64,000 nucleotides of DNA from Thermomicrobiales bacterium (GCA_046328335.1 JAXLWU010000005.1:156675-220674); one strand, 5' to 3'. Shown: positions 45,468-55,033, counted from the first letter of the stretch. Made by a program: numbers and translations. The notes: generated by a model from the letters alone, not told the origin.

Positions 45468-46427
45468 GTCGCGCCCGCTCTTCGGAGTGGGTGATGATTG
45501 AAACGATTCAACCCTGGGCACTCCCAAGATCCACGTCAGGTTCCTTTCTGCCTATGCGGCAGAGAAATCACATCGCGCACGCTCAGCGAGCGTGCGACAA
45601 TCCCCGCTCGGCAAATCCCAAGCCGAGGGAAACCATGAACAGCAACGGACTGATCGCGACGGGCTACTTGGTCGCGTGCCTGCTCATCACGCCATTGATT
45701 GTTTCGGCACAGCAATCCACCGCGGTAGAACGTCTTCCCCAAGCCGGGGACCTGCCGGCAGGGTGGGTGGTCTCCAGCGCGGAGCAGACCGCGCCCTCCG
45801 ATGTCACGGCTATCAATGATCTGGCAGAGGCGGTGTACCTCGGCCCCAACGGGAGCCGCGCGTGGGTTCTGTTGGCGCAAGTCAACGCGGGCCCGGCTGC
45901 GGCGCGTACGTCGTGGGAACTGATGGGCAACTCGTTCGACAACCTCCGTGGCACGTTTGACGCGGACTACAACAGCGAGCGAGAACTGCGCGAGATGCCG
46001 ATGCCAAAGGTCGCGGGCTGCGCGGACATGCGCCGGATGCGCGGGACGGACAACGTCATCGACAGTATCGACGTTGGGGTGTCGTTGTGCGCGGCTGACC
46101 CCGACAGCCTCATCCTGGCGTACGTTTCCGGTGCCTTCGGCGACCTGTCGGGGCCGAGGGCATCTGACGCGCTCATCGGTCTTGTGCTGAGCGACGCGCC
46201 GGGCGCCACGCCAGAGGCCGGCTAGCGTTCGCAAGCGATGCCGGGTGCCGCTTACCCGCGCTTCTAGCCGTTGTCCGACCCCGCCTCGCCCCAATCGAGC
46301 GATTCCAGCACGTCGCACCCGCTCTTCGGAGTGGGTGGGGATTGAAACATCATCCGGGGTGGCATCGTGACCAGCAGGTTGCGGGTTGCACTCACTCCTC
46401 GGGCTGGAGAGAAGTTGATCTCGAAAC
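45468..46427 (+). CRISPR. Degenerate orphan CRISPR-like array: R1, 807-nt insert, R2, 36-nt spacer, degenerate R3
   Basis: R1 45468..45504 is GTCGCGCCCGCTCTTCGGAGTGGGTGATGATTGAAAC. R2 46312..46348 is GTCGCACCCGCTCTTCGGAGTGGGTGGGGATTGAAAC (34/37 identical). R3 46385..46427 is GTTGCACTCACTCCTCGGGCTGGAGAGAAGTTGATCTCGAAAC. The stem is CCCGCTC/GAGTGGG with a TTCG loop, and the GTCGC...ATTGAAAC ends resemble type I-C-style repeats. No cas genes are in the window. Confidence 0.5.
45635..46225 (+). CDS. Secreted hypothetical protein encoded between CRISPR-like repeats R1 and R2
   Basis: ATG follows GAGGGA. Signal peptide MNSNGLIATGYLVACLLITPLIVSAQQ. 196 aa with two Cys and no recognised family. Confidence 0.6.
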   Translation: MNSNGLIATGYLVACLLITPLIVSAQQSTAVERLPQAGDLPAGWVVSSAEQTAPSDVTAINDLAEAVYLGPNGSRAWVLLAQVNAGPAAARTSWELMGNSFDNLRGTFDADYNSERELREMPMPKVAGCADMRRMRGTDNVIDSIDVGVSLCAADPDSLILAYVSGAFGDLSGPRASDALIGLVLSDAPGATPEAG

Positions 46428-46470
46428 AGCAGACGGCAGGTAATGCGTGCCGCCGCTTCCGGCTGTGGCG

Positions 46471-46740
46471 TTAGCGCAACTCGAGATGAAGTGACCGGCC
46501 GACCGCGGCCGCCGCGCGCTGCATTGTTTCGAGTTGCACCGTGTCGTGCGTGGGGTCGAGCAGGCGATCGCGTTGCGTGCGGCTGGTGTGCATTCGTCGC
46601 GCCATCGCGCGTTTCGATAGCCCCTGGGCGGTCATTTCCTGTTGCATCTGCCAGGCCAAAACCCGCTTGATCGCGTGCGTGGTCGCCTCGTCGCGAATCC
46701 CCTCTTCGGCGACTGAAGAGCCCTGATAGCAGTTGGCCAT
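46471..46740 (-). CDS. XRE-family HTH antitoxin-like protein (no cognate toxin seen)
   Basis: MANCYQGSS...AIKRVLAWQMQQEMTAQGLSKRAMARRMHTSRTQRDRLLDPTHDTVQLETMQRAAAAVGRSLHLELR is a typical HigA/XRE antidote layout. Confidence 0.7.
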   Translation of the reverse strand: MANCYQGSSVAEEGIRDEATTHAIKRVLAWQMQQEMTAQGLSKRAMARRMHTSRTQRDRLLDPTHDTVQLETMQRAAAAVGRSLHLELR

Positions 46741-46832
46741 CGGCCGAGAACTCCTCCGCGTGGATTCGGATTCGTGCAGGAAAGCGGGAATACAATACTG
46801 AGTGTTAGTGTGCAGGTGGTCATGAGCAGGCA

Positions 46833-47063
46833 ATGCCGCCCAAGATTCGTCAGTTGAAATCGGATCTTCGGAAGGCAGGTTTCGTCCTCTCGCTCAACCG
46901 AGGCAAAGAAAGCCATACCGTATGGGTTCATCCTTGCACAGGAACATCGGTAACGGTATCGGGCGGCGACGGTGACGATGCGAAGCGGTATCAGGAGTCG
47001 GATGTTCGCAACGCAATCGTACACGCGGTCGAGTCGCTCCGCGCCAAGGACGTCAATGCATGA
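46833..47063 (+). CDS. hicA: HicA-family mRNA interferase toxin
   Basis: MPPKIRQLKSDLRKAGFVLSLNRGKESHTVWVHP... is a YcfA/HicA pattern. Confidence 0.85.
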   Translation: MPPKIRQLKSDLRKAGFVLSLNRGKESHTVWVHPCTGTSVTVSGGDGDDAKRYQESDVRNAIVHAVESLRAKDVNA

Positions 47064-47551
47064 GCCGATCACCAGACTATCCCGATGTGACGGAAGCGGA
47101 ACTCGCGGCGGCGCATCGCTACAGTATGGCCATTGACTGGTCGCCCGACGACGAGGCATTCATCGCCAGTTTCCCGGATGTCCCGTTCGTCCGTGTTCAT
47201 GGCCGCACTCGGGAAGAAGCAGTGGAGCGCGGCGAGGAACTGATCGTTGCCTGGTTGACCGCGCTGCACGATGCGGGATACCCCGTCACGCCGCCAGACA
47301 GGACCGCGCGGACGAGAGCCTTCGAGTCGCCGCCCTATGACGCGGCGGCCGTCCGCCGGATTCGCCGCACCCTGGATGTGTCGCAGCAGGTTTTCGCTTC
47401 GTTGCTCAATGTGAAGGTCACCACCGTGCGGTCGTGGGAACAGGGCCAGCGTAGGCCAGACGGCGCGTCAACGCGGCTGCTCGACCTGGCGGAGCATCAT
47501 CCGGAGATATTGCTGGCATTGAGCAGGCCGCGCGAAGGACGGATCGCCTGA
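47060..47551 (+). CDS. hicB: HicB-family antitoxin with C-terminal XRE HTH
   Basis: ATGA overlap with hicA. HicB fold: YSMAIDWSPDDEAFIASFPDVPFVRVHGRTREEAVERGEELIVAWL. HTH: IRRIRRTLDVSQQVFASLLNVKVTTVRSWEQGQRRP. Confidence 0.85.
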   Translation: MSRSPDYPDVTEAELAAAHRYSMAIDWSPDDEAFIASFPDVPFVRVHGRTREEAVERGEELIVAWLTALHDAGYPVTPPDRTARTRAFESPPYDAAAVRRIRRTLDVSQQVFASLLNVKVTTVRSWEQGQRRPDGASTRLLDLAEHHPEILLALSRPREGRIA

Positions 47552-47606
47552 CCCATCGATGCTCGCGGCATTGGCGCTGCCCATGTTTTCTCGTGAATGG
47601 GGCAAC

Positions 47607-48481
47607 TCACTCACCGAGCACCGCGAGGTGCAGTTGACCCAGGCGTTTCGGGTCGGCGATGGCCTCGATGCGGGCGATCTTGCCGTGCGCGATGGTGAAG
47701 GCGAGCACCATCATCATCCGTCCGCGCGGCGCCACGATCACCCCGACCGCGCCATCGATCAGCGCTGGTTGCGCCTCCCGCGCCCCGCCCCGCGCCGTGC
47801 GCGTGGCCACCGCTTCCGCGCCGCGGATATCGTGCGGGGCATCGAGCCGTCCGGCGGGATAGGTCCTCAGCACCACATCGGGATCGAGAATGGCGAGCAG
47901 CGCGGCGAAATCGCCGGCCCGCGCCGCGGCGAGAAAGGCGTCCACCAGGCGCCGCTGCTGGGACCGCGCCACCGCATGCGTGGGGTCGGTGCCCCGCACG
48001 CGACGCCGCGCCCGGCTCGCCAACTGCCGGGTCGCTGCCGGTGAGCGCTGGACGATCGGCGCGATGTCAGCGAAGGGCACCGCGAACAGATCGTGCAGGA
48101 CGAAGGCGATCCGCTCGGCCGGGGTGAGCGTCTCGAGGACGACCAGCATCGCCAGTCCCACCGCTTCCGCCAGCAGCGCTTCCTGCTCGGGATCGCCGCC
48201 ATCCGTGTCGCCCCTGACGGATGCGGCCGCCACGGTCCCCAGCGATTCTTCGCGGCGCGCCTTGCGCACCTCGCGTTGCCGAGCCCGAGACAGACCCGGG
48301 CCACCACCGTAGTCAGCCGCTCAGGTTCTCCACCGCGCTCACGTCCGTCCGGCTCAGGCGCAGCCAGGTTTCCTGCACCGCATCGCTGTCCGGCCTCGCT
48401 CAGCGAGCCAAGCATGCGATAGGCCACGCCGCGCAGGTGTTCCTGGTTCGCCGAACCGCCACGCCACGCTCGTTCCGTCAT
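47607..48481 (-). pseudogene. ECF sigma factor (SigJ-like with SnoaL-like C-terminus), at least 3 frameshifts
   Basis: N-terminus MTERAW...HLRGVAYRMLGSLSEA. The expected DSDAVQETWLRLSRTDVSAVENLSG is in another frame. Reading returns to LTTVVARVCL, then switches to RKARREESLG...LTPAERIAFVLHDLFAVPFADIAPIVQRSPAATRQLASRARRRV. Breaks lie near 48391, 48316 and 48270..48290. Confidence 0.8.
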
Positions 48482-48630
48482 CGGTCACAATCCTCATCGC
48501 GATTCGTCATGGTAGTGACGCATCCGCCGCGCTGGATGTGACGGACATCCGGCGAGAAGATCGGGGCCACGGCGCGGCGGTGGTGGGAGGGTTGCATCTC
48601 GGTCGTGGCCGCAATCGAGAAAGGCTCGAG

Positions 48631-49090
48631 ATGATGACACTGCCCGCCCGCTCCTTGAGGAGCGCACGCGAGATACCCGCACGCTGGAGCAGCATGATGT
48701 CGATGCCTGGGTGGCCACCGCCGACGCCGGCAAGGGGGCTCCCTACCTGATCCCGCTCTCGTTTTCCTGGGACGGCCAAACCCTGCTCTTCGCGACGCCA
48801 CGTAACAGCGTGACTGGCCGCAACATCCGCGAGACCGGAAAGGTCCTGGTCTCGGTCTCGGCGCCACCCGCGACGTCGTTCTGATCGAAGGCACTGCGCA
48901 GCTGCTCTCGGTGACGTATTTGCTTGGCCCGGAGGATGTGTTCGCCGCGCGGACTGGGTTCGATCCGCGCCAACTTCTCCCAACCGTACCTCTACTTCCG
49001 GGTCGCGCCGCGGCGCATCCAGGCCTGGCAAGAGGAAACGAACTGACCGGCCATGGCTTCATGCGCGATTACCGCTGGCTGGTGGACTGA
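48631..49090 (+). pseudogene. Pyridoxamine 5'-phosphate oxidase (PPOX)-family protein, about 4 frameshifts
   Basis: The pieces LLEERTRDTRTLEQHDVDAWVATADAGKGAPYLIPLSFSWDGQTLLFATPRNSVTGRNIRETGKV, TRDVVLIEGTAQLL, SQPYLYFRVAPRRIQAWQEE and NELTGHGFMRDYRWLVD lie in different frames. One break is at AAA 49036..49038. Confidence 0.7.
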
Positions 49091-50213
49091 TCGCGGTTCC
49101 GCGCGGATCGGTCAGGACGACAAGGCGAAAACCGTAGTCGATTGAAGACCTCGCCGGGGGCGCAGCACGGTGGTGGGGAAATCCGGGTGGTGCGGCGAGT
49201 TTGGAAGTGCTGCGTCTCCAGGGCGATGCCATCGCCCTGGCGATAGGCCTCGCCCGCTGGAGCCGGCGAACGACCCGTCGAGGAAATTGCCGGTGACCCG
49301 GCACGCCCGGCTCGGTCGTCGAGACCGTCAGGGTGCACCGCTGCTGGGGTGATGGAGCCGACGCCCTCGATCAGCGAGGTCTCCGCTTCGCGGTCGAAGA
49401 CGAAATTGTGGTCGTATCCTCTGCTCATCAATAGTTGCGGATTCGTTCCGACGGATGCGGGCGCCGATCGCCATTGGCGTGGTGAAGTCGAACGGCGTCC
49501 CGCCATCGCCGGCCAGGTCCTCGGTCGGAATCCGGCGCCCGGCATCGACCGGGGTGTAGCGGCCGGCGGCGAGCCAGAGGACGTGATCTTCGATGCTGCC
49601 GATCCCTCCCCGCCAGATTCCAGTAGGCGTGATTGGTCAGGTTGAGAATCGGGTTTGCCGGTCGGTTTCGGCGCGGTAGTCGATCGCGAGCCTGTTCTCC
49701 TCGTCGAGGCGATAGGTCACCGACGTGCGCAACGCGCCGGGATACCCTTCTCGCCGTCCGGGCTGGTCCGGGTGAGTGGACGCCAGCGGAGTCACTGTCG
49801 TGGACCTCGTCCGCGTCCCACACGAATTTGTCGAAGCCGCGCAAAACCGCCGTGCAGGTGGTTGTCGCCGACGTTGCGGGCCATACAGGTTTCGCCATCG
49901 AGGGTGAAGCGGCCACCGGCGAGGCGTTGGCGTACCGCCCGGTGATGCAGCCGAAGAAGGGCGAATTGTTGCGGCGATAGCCGGCGAGATCGCCAAAGCC
50001 GAGGGCGACGTTCGCCAGGGTGCCAGCGCGGTCCGGCGCCCACACCGCCCGGATGACGCCGCCGTAGGTGAGGATTTCCACGCGCAAACCGTAGCGGTTC
50101 GACAGGTGATAGTTGGTGACCGGTTGCCCATCGAATGCGCCAAACGGTTCGCGCCCGATCTCGACCACGGTGCTTCTTCCTCTTCCTCGAAAGCGCCTTC
50201 GCATGGACCCCAT
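49059..50213 (-). pseudogene. galM: Aldose 1-epimerase (galactose mutarotase), many frameshifts
   Basis: Fragments are scattered over three frames: FGAFDGQPVTNYHLSNRYGLRVEILTYGGVIRAVWAPDRAG, GGRFTLDGET, NHLHGG, GFDKFVWDA, EGYPGALRTSVTYRLDEENRLAIDYRAETDR, NLTNHAYWNLAG and GYDHNFVFD. Confidence 0.75.
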
Positions 50214-50229
50214 TGTCCCACCGAGCCGG

Positions 50230-50718
50230 CAATCCCTCGACCGGTGTGCCCACGCCGAAGTCCGTTGGCCGCCAGCCAGCCGGCGGGAACTTCCAGAGCG
50301 TAGGCGGACAGCCGGTGAGAAATAGTGCGCCAGGTCAGCGTCGGCGGTGCCCGCCGGTTCCGGGCAGAGCCTGCTCGGCGGCGCCCTGAATGGCGCCGTT
50401 CAATCCAGATGATATCGAGGCAGAAGCGCATGTTCTTCATCCAGAACGAGAGGGGTTGCGGCCGATCGAAGACGAAGAGCATGCCAGCGCCAGGCGCCAA
50501 CCCATCCCGCTCACCCAGCCCCGCGCCCTGCTGGCGGGATCGGCGGCGATCTCCACCGTCAGCGGCACGCCACCGACCAGGATCTTGTCCACCGGCAACT
50601 CGCTCTCCTGCCGCGCGTTGACAGGTCCCGTCCTCACGGTCATGCCGCCCAGCATCGCGAGCGCGAGCGCCGTCACCAGCACGCCGAAGGTCATGCCCCG
50701 CGTCCTTTCCATCGCCAA
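50230..50718 (-). pseudogene. DUF192-family protein, frameshifted
   Basis: Signal/TM MTFGVLVTALALAMLGGM and VGGVPLTVEIAADPASRARG are in one frame. GMLFVFDRPQPLSFWMKNMRFCLDIIWI...YALEVPAGWLAANGL is in another. The 3' boundary is approximate. Confidence 0.65.
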
Positions 50719-50822
50719 CGCCCCAGCCGATTACGCCAGCAGGTCCTCGCCAGCCAGCCGCGCGGCCAGCGCCAGCAACGCCGCCGCGCAGGCAGGAAAC
50801 GCCGTTGAGAGTCAGATCGGTT

Positions 50823-51573
50823 TCATCGATTGGCTTCGCGGGCGTTTCCGTTGCCGAGCACGCCCACCCGCAGCGTCGCTACGCCATGGGCGCGCATCTC
50901 GCGCAGGGCGCGGAAGGCATCGACGTCCGTCACATCGTCGCCGAAGAAGACGACGCTGCGCAATCCGAGATCGTGGACCAGATCGCGGATGGCGCTGCCC
51001 TTGTTGACGGCGAGATTCCTACGCAGTTCGAAGATCATCCGCCCGGAGGTGACGCGCAGACCGTGCCGGGCGGCGGTCTCTCGCACGAACGGTTTGCAAC
51101 GCCTGCGCCGCGAGTGGATCGTCCGCCAGGCGATAGTGAATGGTCCCGGCGATGCCCTTGTCCTCGATCGAGCCAGGCGGGATTGCCGAACGCCTGCGCC
51201 GCGGTGGCGATCTCGGCCAGCGCGGCGGCGATGGCCGGTTGCGCTCGCGGCGGCCACCGGGTGGGTCCACGCTTCGCCGCGGACGATCCGTTCCAGGCCG
51301 TGATTGCCGACGTAAATCAGTTCGGGCAGTTCGACCATCGCCGCGCCAGCGGCGGAGCGCGCCCGGAGACTGGCGACGGCCGCCAGACGCGCCGCCAGCC
51401 GTTGCAGCGCCGCCCGCGCGCCGGGATCGACCATTGCCTCCGCGGGCGTCGGGGCGATCGGGTTGATGGTGCCATCGATGTCGGTGACCACCGCCGAGGG
51501 TGTCTGGCCGCAGCACTTCCAGGCAGGCGGTGACGACCGCGTCGATGTCGGGAGTGGCTGCCCGTTTCGACAT
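50823..51573 (-). pseudogene. otsB: Trehalose-phosphatase (HAD-IIB), frameshifted
   Basis: MSKRAATPDIDAVVTACLEVLRPDTLG, VVTDIDGTINPIAPTPAEAMVDPGARAALQRLA...LIYVGNHGLE, IEDKGIAGTIHYRLADDP and FVRETAARHGLRVTSGRMIFELRRNLAVNKGSAIRDLV...VVFFGDDVTDVDAF are spread over at least 3 frames. Confidence 0.7.
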
Positions 51574-51752
51574 CGTCACGTTCACCCTCGTCCTGATAGG
51601 AATAGATACCAGGCCGCGCCGCTGATGAACAAATCCTGCACGCCATCCTGACTGGCAATAGCGAGGTGATAGACGAGTCCCTGGGCACATTGGGCGGGCC
51701 GAACGGATCGCAGCGAGGCGTTCAGGCGGCACGGTCGCTCCCGTGGATGGGT

Positions 51753-52296
51753 TCAGTTCGGCATCGTCGTTGTAACCGGCACGCGCCAGGCCCGGTGCAG
51801 TTCCTGGAAGTTGACCTGATCCAGCGGGAGTACCGGTACCGCGGCGGGATCGATCTCGGCTGGTTCGCTCAGACCGGTATCGCTGTAGAAGAACGACTGC
51901 GCCGACTGGCAACATCCTCGCCAGCGGAACGCGGGTTCCAGCGCGCAGCCGACTGCATGGTGACCAGTCGCGCATCGGGCCGCCAGGCAAGGGCCGTTTC
52001 GATGGAGGATGCTCGCACGCCGCCGGCCCATTCGTCGCCGACGGCGGTGATCGCCTCACGCGCAACGGCCATCGTTGCAGCGCTGTGGCTCCGGCAAGCC
52101 GGGCAATGCCGCGGCGCTGGCCGGTGTCGGGGTGGGATCGGCGGCGGCGATGCGCGGGGGAGGGTACTCGAACCCTGGAGCAACCGGTCAGCGGCAACAC
52201 CGCGAGCGCCCCGGCCAGAACCAGCAACCGAGCGGAGCGGCGGTCTCGATCGATTGGCGAGCGGACGGTCACCAGGGGCATTCCTCGGCGGGGCAC
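51753..52296 (-). pseudogene. Probable lipoprotein gene in fragments (function unknown)
   Basis: A lipobox-like ARLLVLAGALAVLPLTGCS is in one frame. Plausible protein-like stretches (ATMAVAREAITAVGDEWAGG...; SFFYSDTGLSEPAEIDPAAVPVLPLDQVNFQELH) are in others. This is a weak call. Confidence 0.3.
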
Positions 52297-52453
52297 CGCT
52301 GGAATCTACCACGCCGTCCGGCATCTGGCGCATCGTCACCTGGATGTGGCGGACGGAACCATCGACGGTGGCAAGCACGGACGCTCAATTGTGATACCTC
52401 AGCCAGGAATGTGCGGACAAAGGGCCACCGGAAACGCCTGGGAGAAGGGGAAA

Positions 52454-52483
52454 GCCGAGGTCCCTCCTCCGTCGGGACGACAC
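52454..52483. repeat. Family B half unit U5
   Basis: GCCGAGGTCCCTCCTCCGTCGGGACGACAC, identical to the right arm of U2. Confidence 0.6.
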
Positions 52484-52652
52484 GCGTGCCGTTTGGTGCT
52501 CCCGGCGGAGGCGGTGGCCGCGGCACGATCTCGCTCGCGTGCGAATGGGAGTGGTGGTAGCAGAAACCCCGCGTCCGGCATGCCGGACGCGGGGTCGTGA
52601 GTGTCACGTCATCGGGTGCGCGGTGCGTCACCCACCGTGGAATGTCAGGCGC

Positions 52653-52865
52653 CTAGCGGGTGCTGCGCTCGACGTCCCGCTTGAGATCGTCGACGCCTTC
52701 CTTGATATCGCCCCAGGCTTGCTTCGCCTTGCCCTTGGCCTCATCGGCCATGCCTTCGGCTTTCGTACGGTCGTCGCCGGTCAGATCGCCCCAAGCCTGC
52801 TTGCCCTTGCCTTTGATCTCATCGACGGTCCCCTCGATGCGGTCGCTGGTGCCTCGGTCGGCCAT
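52653..52865 (-). CDS. csbD: CsbD-family stress protein
   Basis: MADRGTSDRIEGTVDEIKGKGKQAWGDLTGDDRTKAEGMADEAKGKAKQAWGDIKEG. Confidence 0.85.
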   Translation of the reverse strand: MADRGTSDRIEGTVDEIKGKGKQAWGDLTGDDRTKAEGMADEAKGKAKQAWGDIKEGVDDLKRDVERSTR

Positions 52866-53003
52866 CGTGCCGTCTCCTTTCGTCACAATCCATGACCCAT
52901 CATCCAACGGGTCTATGCATGACTAGGCATGTTCTGTGCCATGGAAGACGATGAGCAGCCGCCACGAGTTCGACCGCGCCGCGTGCTACGCCGGGAGTGG
53001 GTC

Positions 53004-53213
53004 CTACTCCGAGCGGCGGTCGATCTCCTCCTTGAAATCGGCGATCCCTTCCTTGATATCGCCCCAGGTCTGCTCGGCCTTGCCTTTCAACTGATCGACC
53101 ATGCCTTCGGCCCTCATCTTGTCGTCGTCGGCGAGATCGCCCCACGCCTCCTTGGCGCGGCCCTTCATCTCGTCGACCGACCCTTCGATGTGCTCTTTCG
53201 TGCCGTCGCTCAT
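53004..53213 (-). CDS. csbD: CsbD-family stress protein (paralog)
   Basis: MSDGTKEHIEGSVDEMKGRAKEAWGDLADDDKMRAEGMVDQLKGKAEQTWGDIKEG. Confidence 0.85.
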   Translation of the reverse strand: MSDGTKEHIEGSVDEMKGRAKEAWGDLADDDKMRAEGMVDQLKGKAEQTWGDIKEGIADFKEEIDRRSE

Positions 53214-53405
53214 CTTCGCCTGCTCCTTTCGGGATGGTCCATTGCCGACCGTGCGGCGGGGGTCCCGGCACTGGTCAACCTGTACCCACCGCCTGATCAC
53301 TCTACCGCATTGGACTCCGGAAGGGTTGGTCGCTGACGACCGGTCGGTCGCGTTCTGTTACGATCGCGGTCCGGTCCCGGTCTCGGTCCCCTGGAGGCGG
53401 CCCAA

Positions 53406-54500
53406 TTGGATGCGCCGCGGGCACTTTTTCCCCTTACGATGGCGCTCGTGGTCGCGCTGGGCGCGGCGGTGGGTTTCGGCTGGGCTTGGTATCGCCTGCT
53501 CGTCGATCGGGGGCGGTTACTCCTGCGCCTGGAAGACCTCGCTCCGGCGGCGGCACCTGCCGGGTCCCCGGGGCATCCCCCTGGAGCGTTTCTCAACGAC
53601 TTCGCGCTGCCAGTGCGCGATGGCCGGATCGTGACCCTGTCCGAACTGGCGGGAACGGTGCTGGTGGTCGTGGTGCAGGCGAACTGCCTCTACTCCCGCG
53701 CCTTTGCGGCGGAACTGCGGCGGCTCCCCAGGGATGGTTCCTCACCGCTGCCGGTCCTGATCCTCAGCGGCGTCATCGACAATCCCGAGGAGCTGACGCC
53801 ATTCTCCGATCTGCCGGGACTGCTCCTGCTGGATCAGTCCGGGTTGACCGCCAGGCTGCTGCGCATCGCGGCCACGCCCGCGGGATACCAGAGTGTCAAT
53901 CGCCGTACTCTCGGTCCGCGCCTCGTCGGCCCGGTTGCCCTGATTGCCGCCGCGAGGGGCGAGGCAGGCATGACCGACGAGCAACGGGCGCCGCTGGCGG
54001 TGACGCCGGTTGCTCCTGACGATGGGGCCTGGCGGAACCGGAAGCCGATGCGTCCCGGCGAAATGGTTCCGGACGTCACACGTTCCGGGTTGGGTGGCGA
54101 TGACTGGTCGCCACGGAGCGAACTCGGATCACCCTGGTTCCTTCTTCTGATCGATTCGTTGTGTCCACCATGCCAGCGTGTGCTTGCCGATCTGGAAGGA
54201 CCGTTCCCCGCCCGTCTCGTCATTGCCAGTCGTGGCGAGATGCCGGACCATGACCGCGCGGCCGCGTTGCAGCTGGGGGCGCGGGTGGTCACGCAACAGC
54301 GCCCCGCGTTGGCGCGGGCGCTCGGCGTCGTGCAGACGCCGGCTGTCTATGCGATCGATGCCGGAGGACGGATCGTGGCGGGACCAGCGATTGGTTACGC
54401 GGCGGCACGCGAGTTGCTGGCGGATTATGCTTCTCCGCACGGCATTCCCTTGCCAGCGGTCATTGGCACGCACGATAGAGGAGGACGCGGTAATGGGTAG
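53406..54500 (+). CDS. Membrane-anchored tandem thioredoxin-fold protein (TlpA/ResA-like thiol-disulfide oxidoreductase)
   Basis: N-terminal TM MALVVALGAAVGFGWAWY. The first Trx-like half has a degenerate NCLYS. The second has an intact CPPC (FLLLIDSLCPPCQRVLADL). The stop overlaps the P5 start (ATGGGTAG). Confidence 0.7.
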   Translation: MDAPRALFPLTMALVVALGAAVGFGWAWYRLLVDRGRLLLRLEDLAPAAAPAGSPGHPPGAFLNDFALPVRDGRIVTLSELAGTVLVVVVQANCLYSRAFAAELRRLPRDGSSPLPVLILSGVIDNPEELTPFSDLPGLLLLDQSGLTARLLRIAATPAGYQSVNRRTLGPRLVGPVALIAAARGEAGMTDEQRAPLAVTPVAPDDGAWRNRKPMRPGEMVPDVTRSGLGGDDWSPRSELGSPWFLLLIDSLCPPCQRVLADLEGPFPARLVIASRGEMPDHDRAAALQLGARVVTQQRPALARALGVVQTPAVYAIDAGGRIVAGPAIGYAAARELLADYASPHGIPLPAVIGTHDRGGRGNG

Positions 54501-54900
54501 CCTGATCGACGATGTCTCGAAAGCCCTCGCCTCCGGCACATCACGGCGCGCCGCGCTCGGCGCGCTGCTCGCCGGGTCCGCGGCTTCGCTGCCCTGGAGC
54601 AGCGAGGCGAGCAATCAGAAGAAGCGGCGGCGGTTCAAGAAGTATCTCGAGTACTGCAAGCAATGGTGCGGCTTCCGCAACATGGTCGGCACGAAGCAGT
54701 ACGAGGAGTGCGTGAAGAAGGCGAAGAACGGCAAGGGCGCCTGCTATCGCACCGGCCCGGGCCGCTTCTGCCTCGACAAGGATTGCCCCGAGGGGACGAT
54801 CTGCTGTCCCGATTTCGTGGGTGGCGATCCTGTCACGTCCGGTGAATGCTGCGAAAACCCGTGTACCCAGATCAACGGCACGAATATCTGCCTGAAGTAG
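54493..54900 (+). CDS. Small secreted Cys-rich protein, paralog P5
   Basis: Strong SD GAGGAGGA. N-terminus MGSLIDDVSKALASGTSRRAALGALLAGSAAS, then NQKKRRRFKKYLEYCKQWCG, with 13 Cys. 135 aa. Confidence 0.75.
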   Translation: MGSLIDDVSKALASGTSRRAALGALLAGSAASLPWSSEASNQKKRRRFKKYLEYCKQWCGFRNMVGTKQYEECVKKAKNGKGACYRTGPGRFCLDKDCPEGTICCPDFVGGDPVTSGECCENPCTQINGTNICLK

Positions 54901-55033
54901 CGCCGCGGGCAGCGTGGTGTCGGCTCATCGTCCGTGGAATCGCGGCCTGAGCGTTGCCCTCGGCGAGTGACGTGTTTCCACGCGTACGCTGAGAGTGACC
55001 CTCACGGCTGAGCGACGCCGGTAACCACCGCGC

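Noticed and set aside
45468-46348. Interpreting the two 37-nt repeats as integron attC sites flanking a gene cassette.
   Set aside because: The repeats are direct copies with a single short internal stem-loop and ATTGAAAC tails. They lack the RYYYAAC...GTTRRRY inverse core pair of attC sites, and no intI is present. The 36-nt spacer plus a degenerate third repeat fits a CRISPR trailer better.
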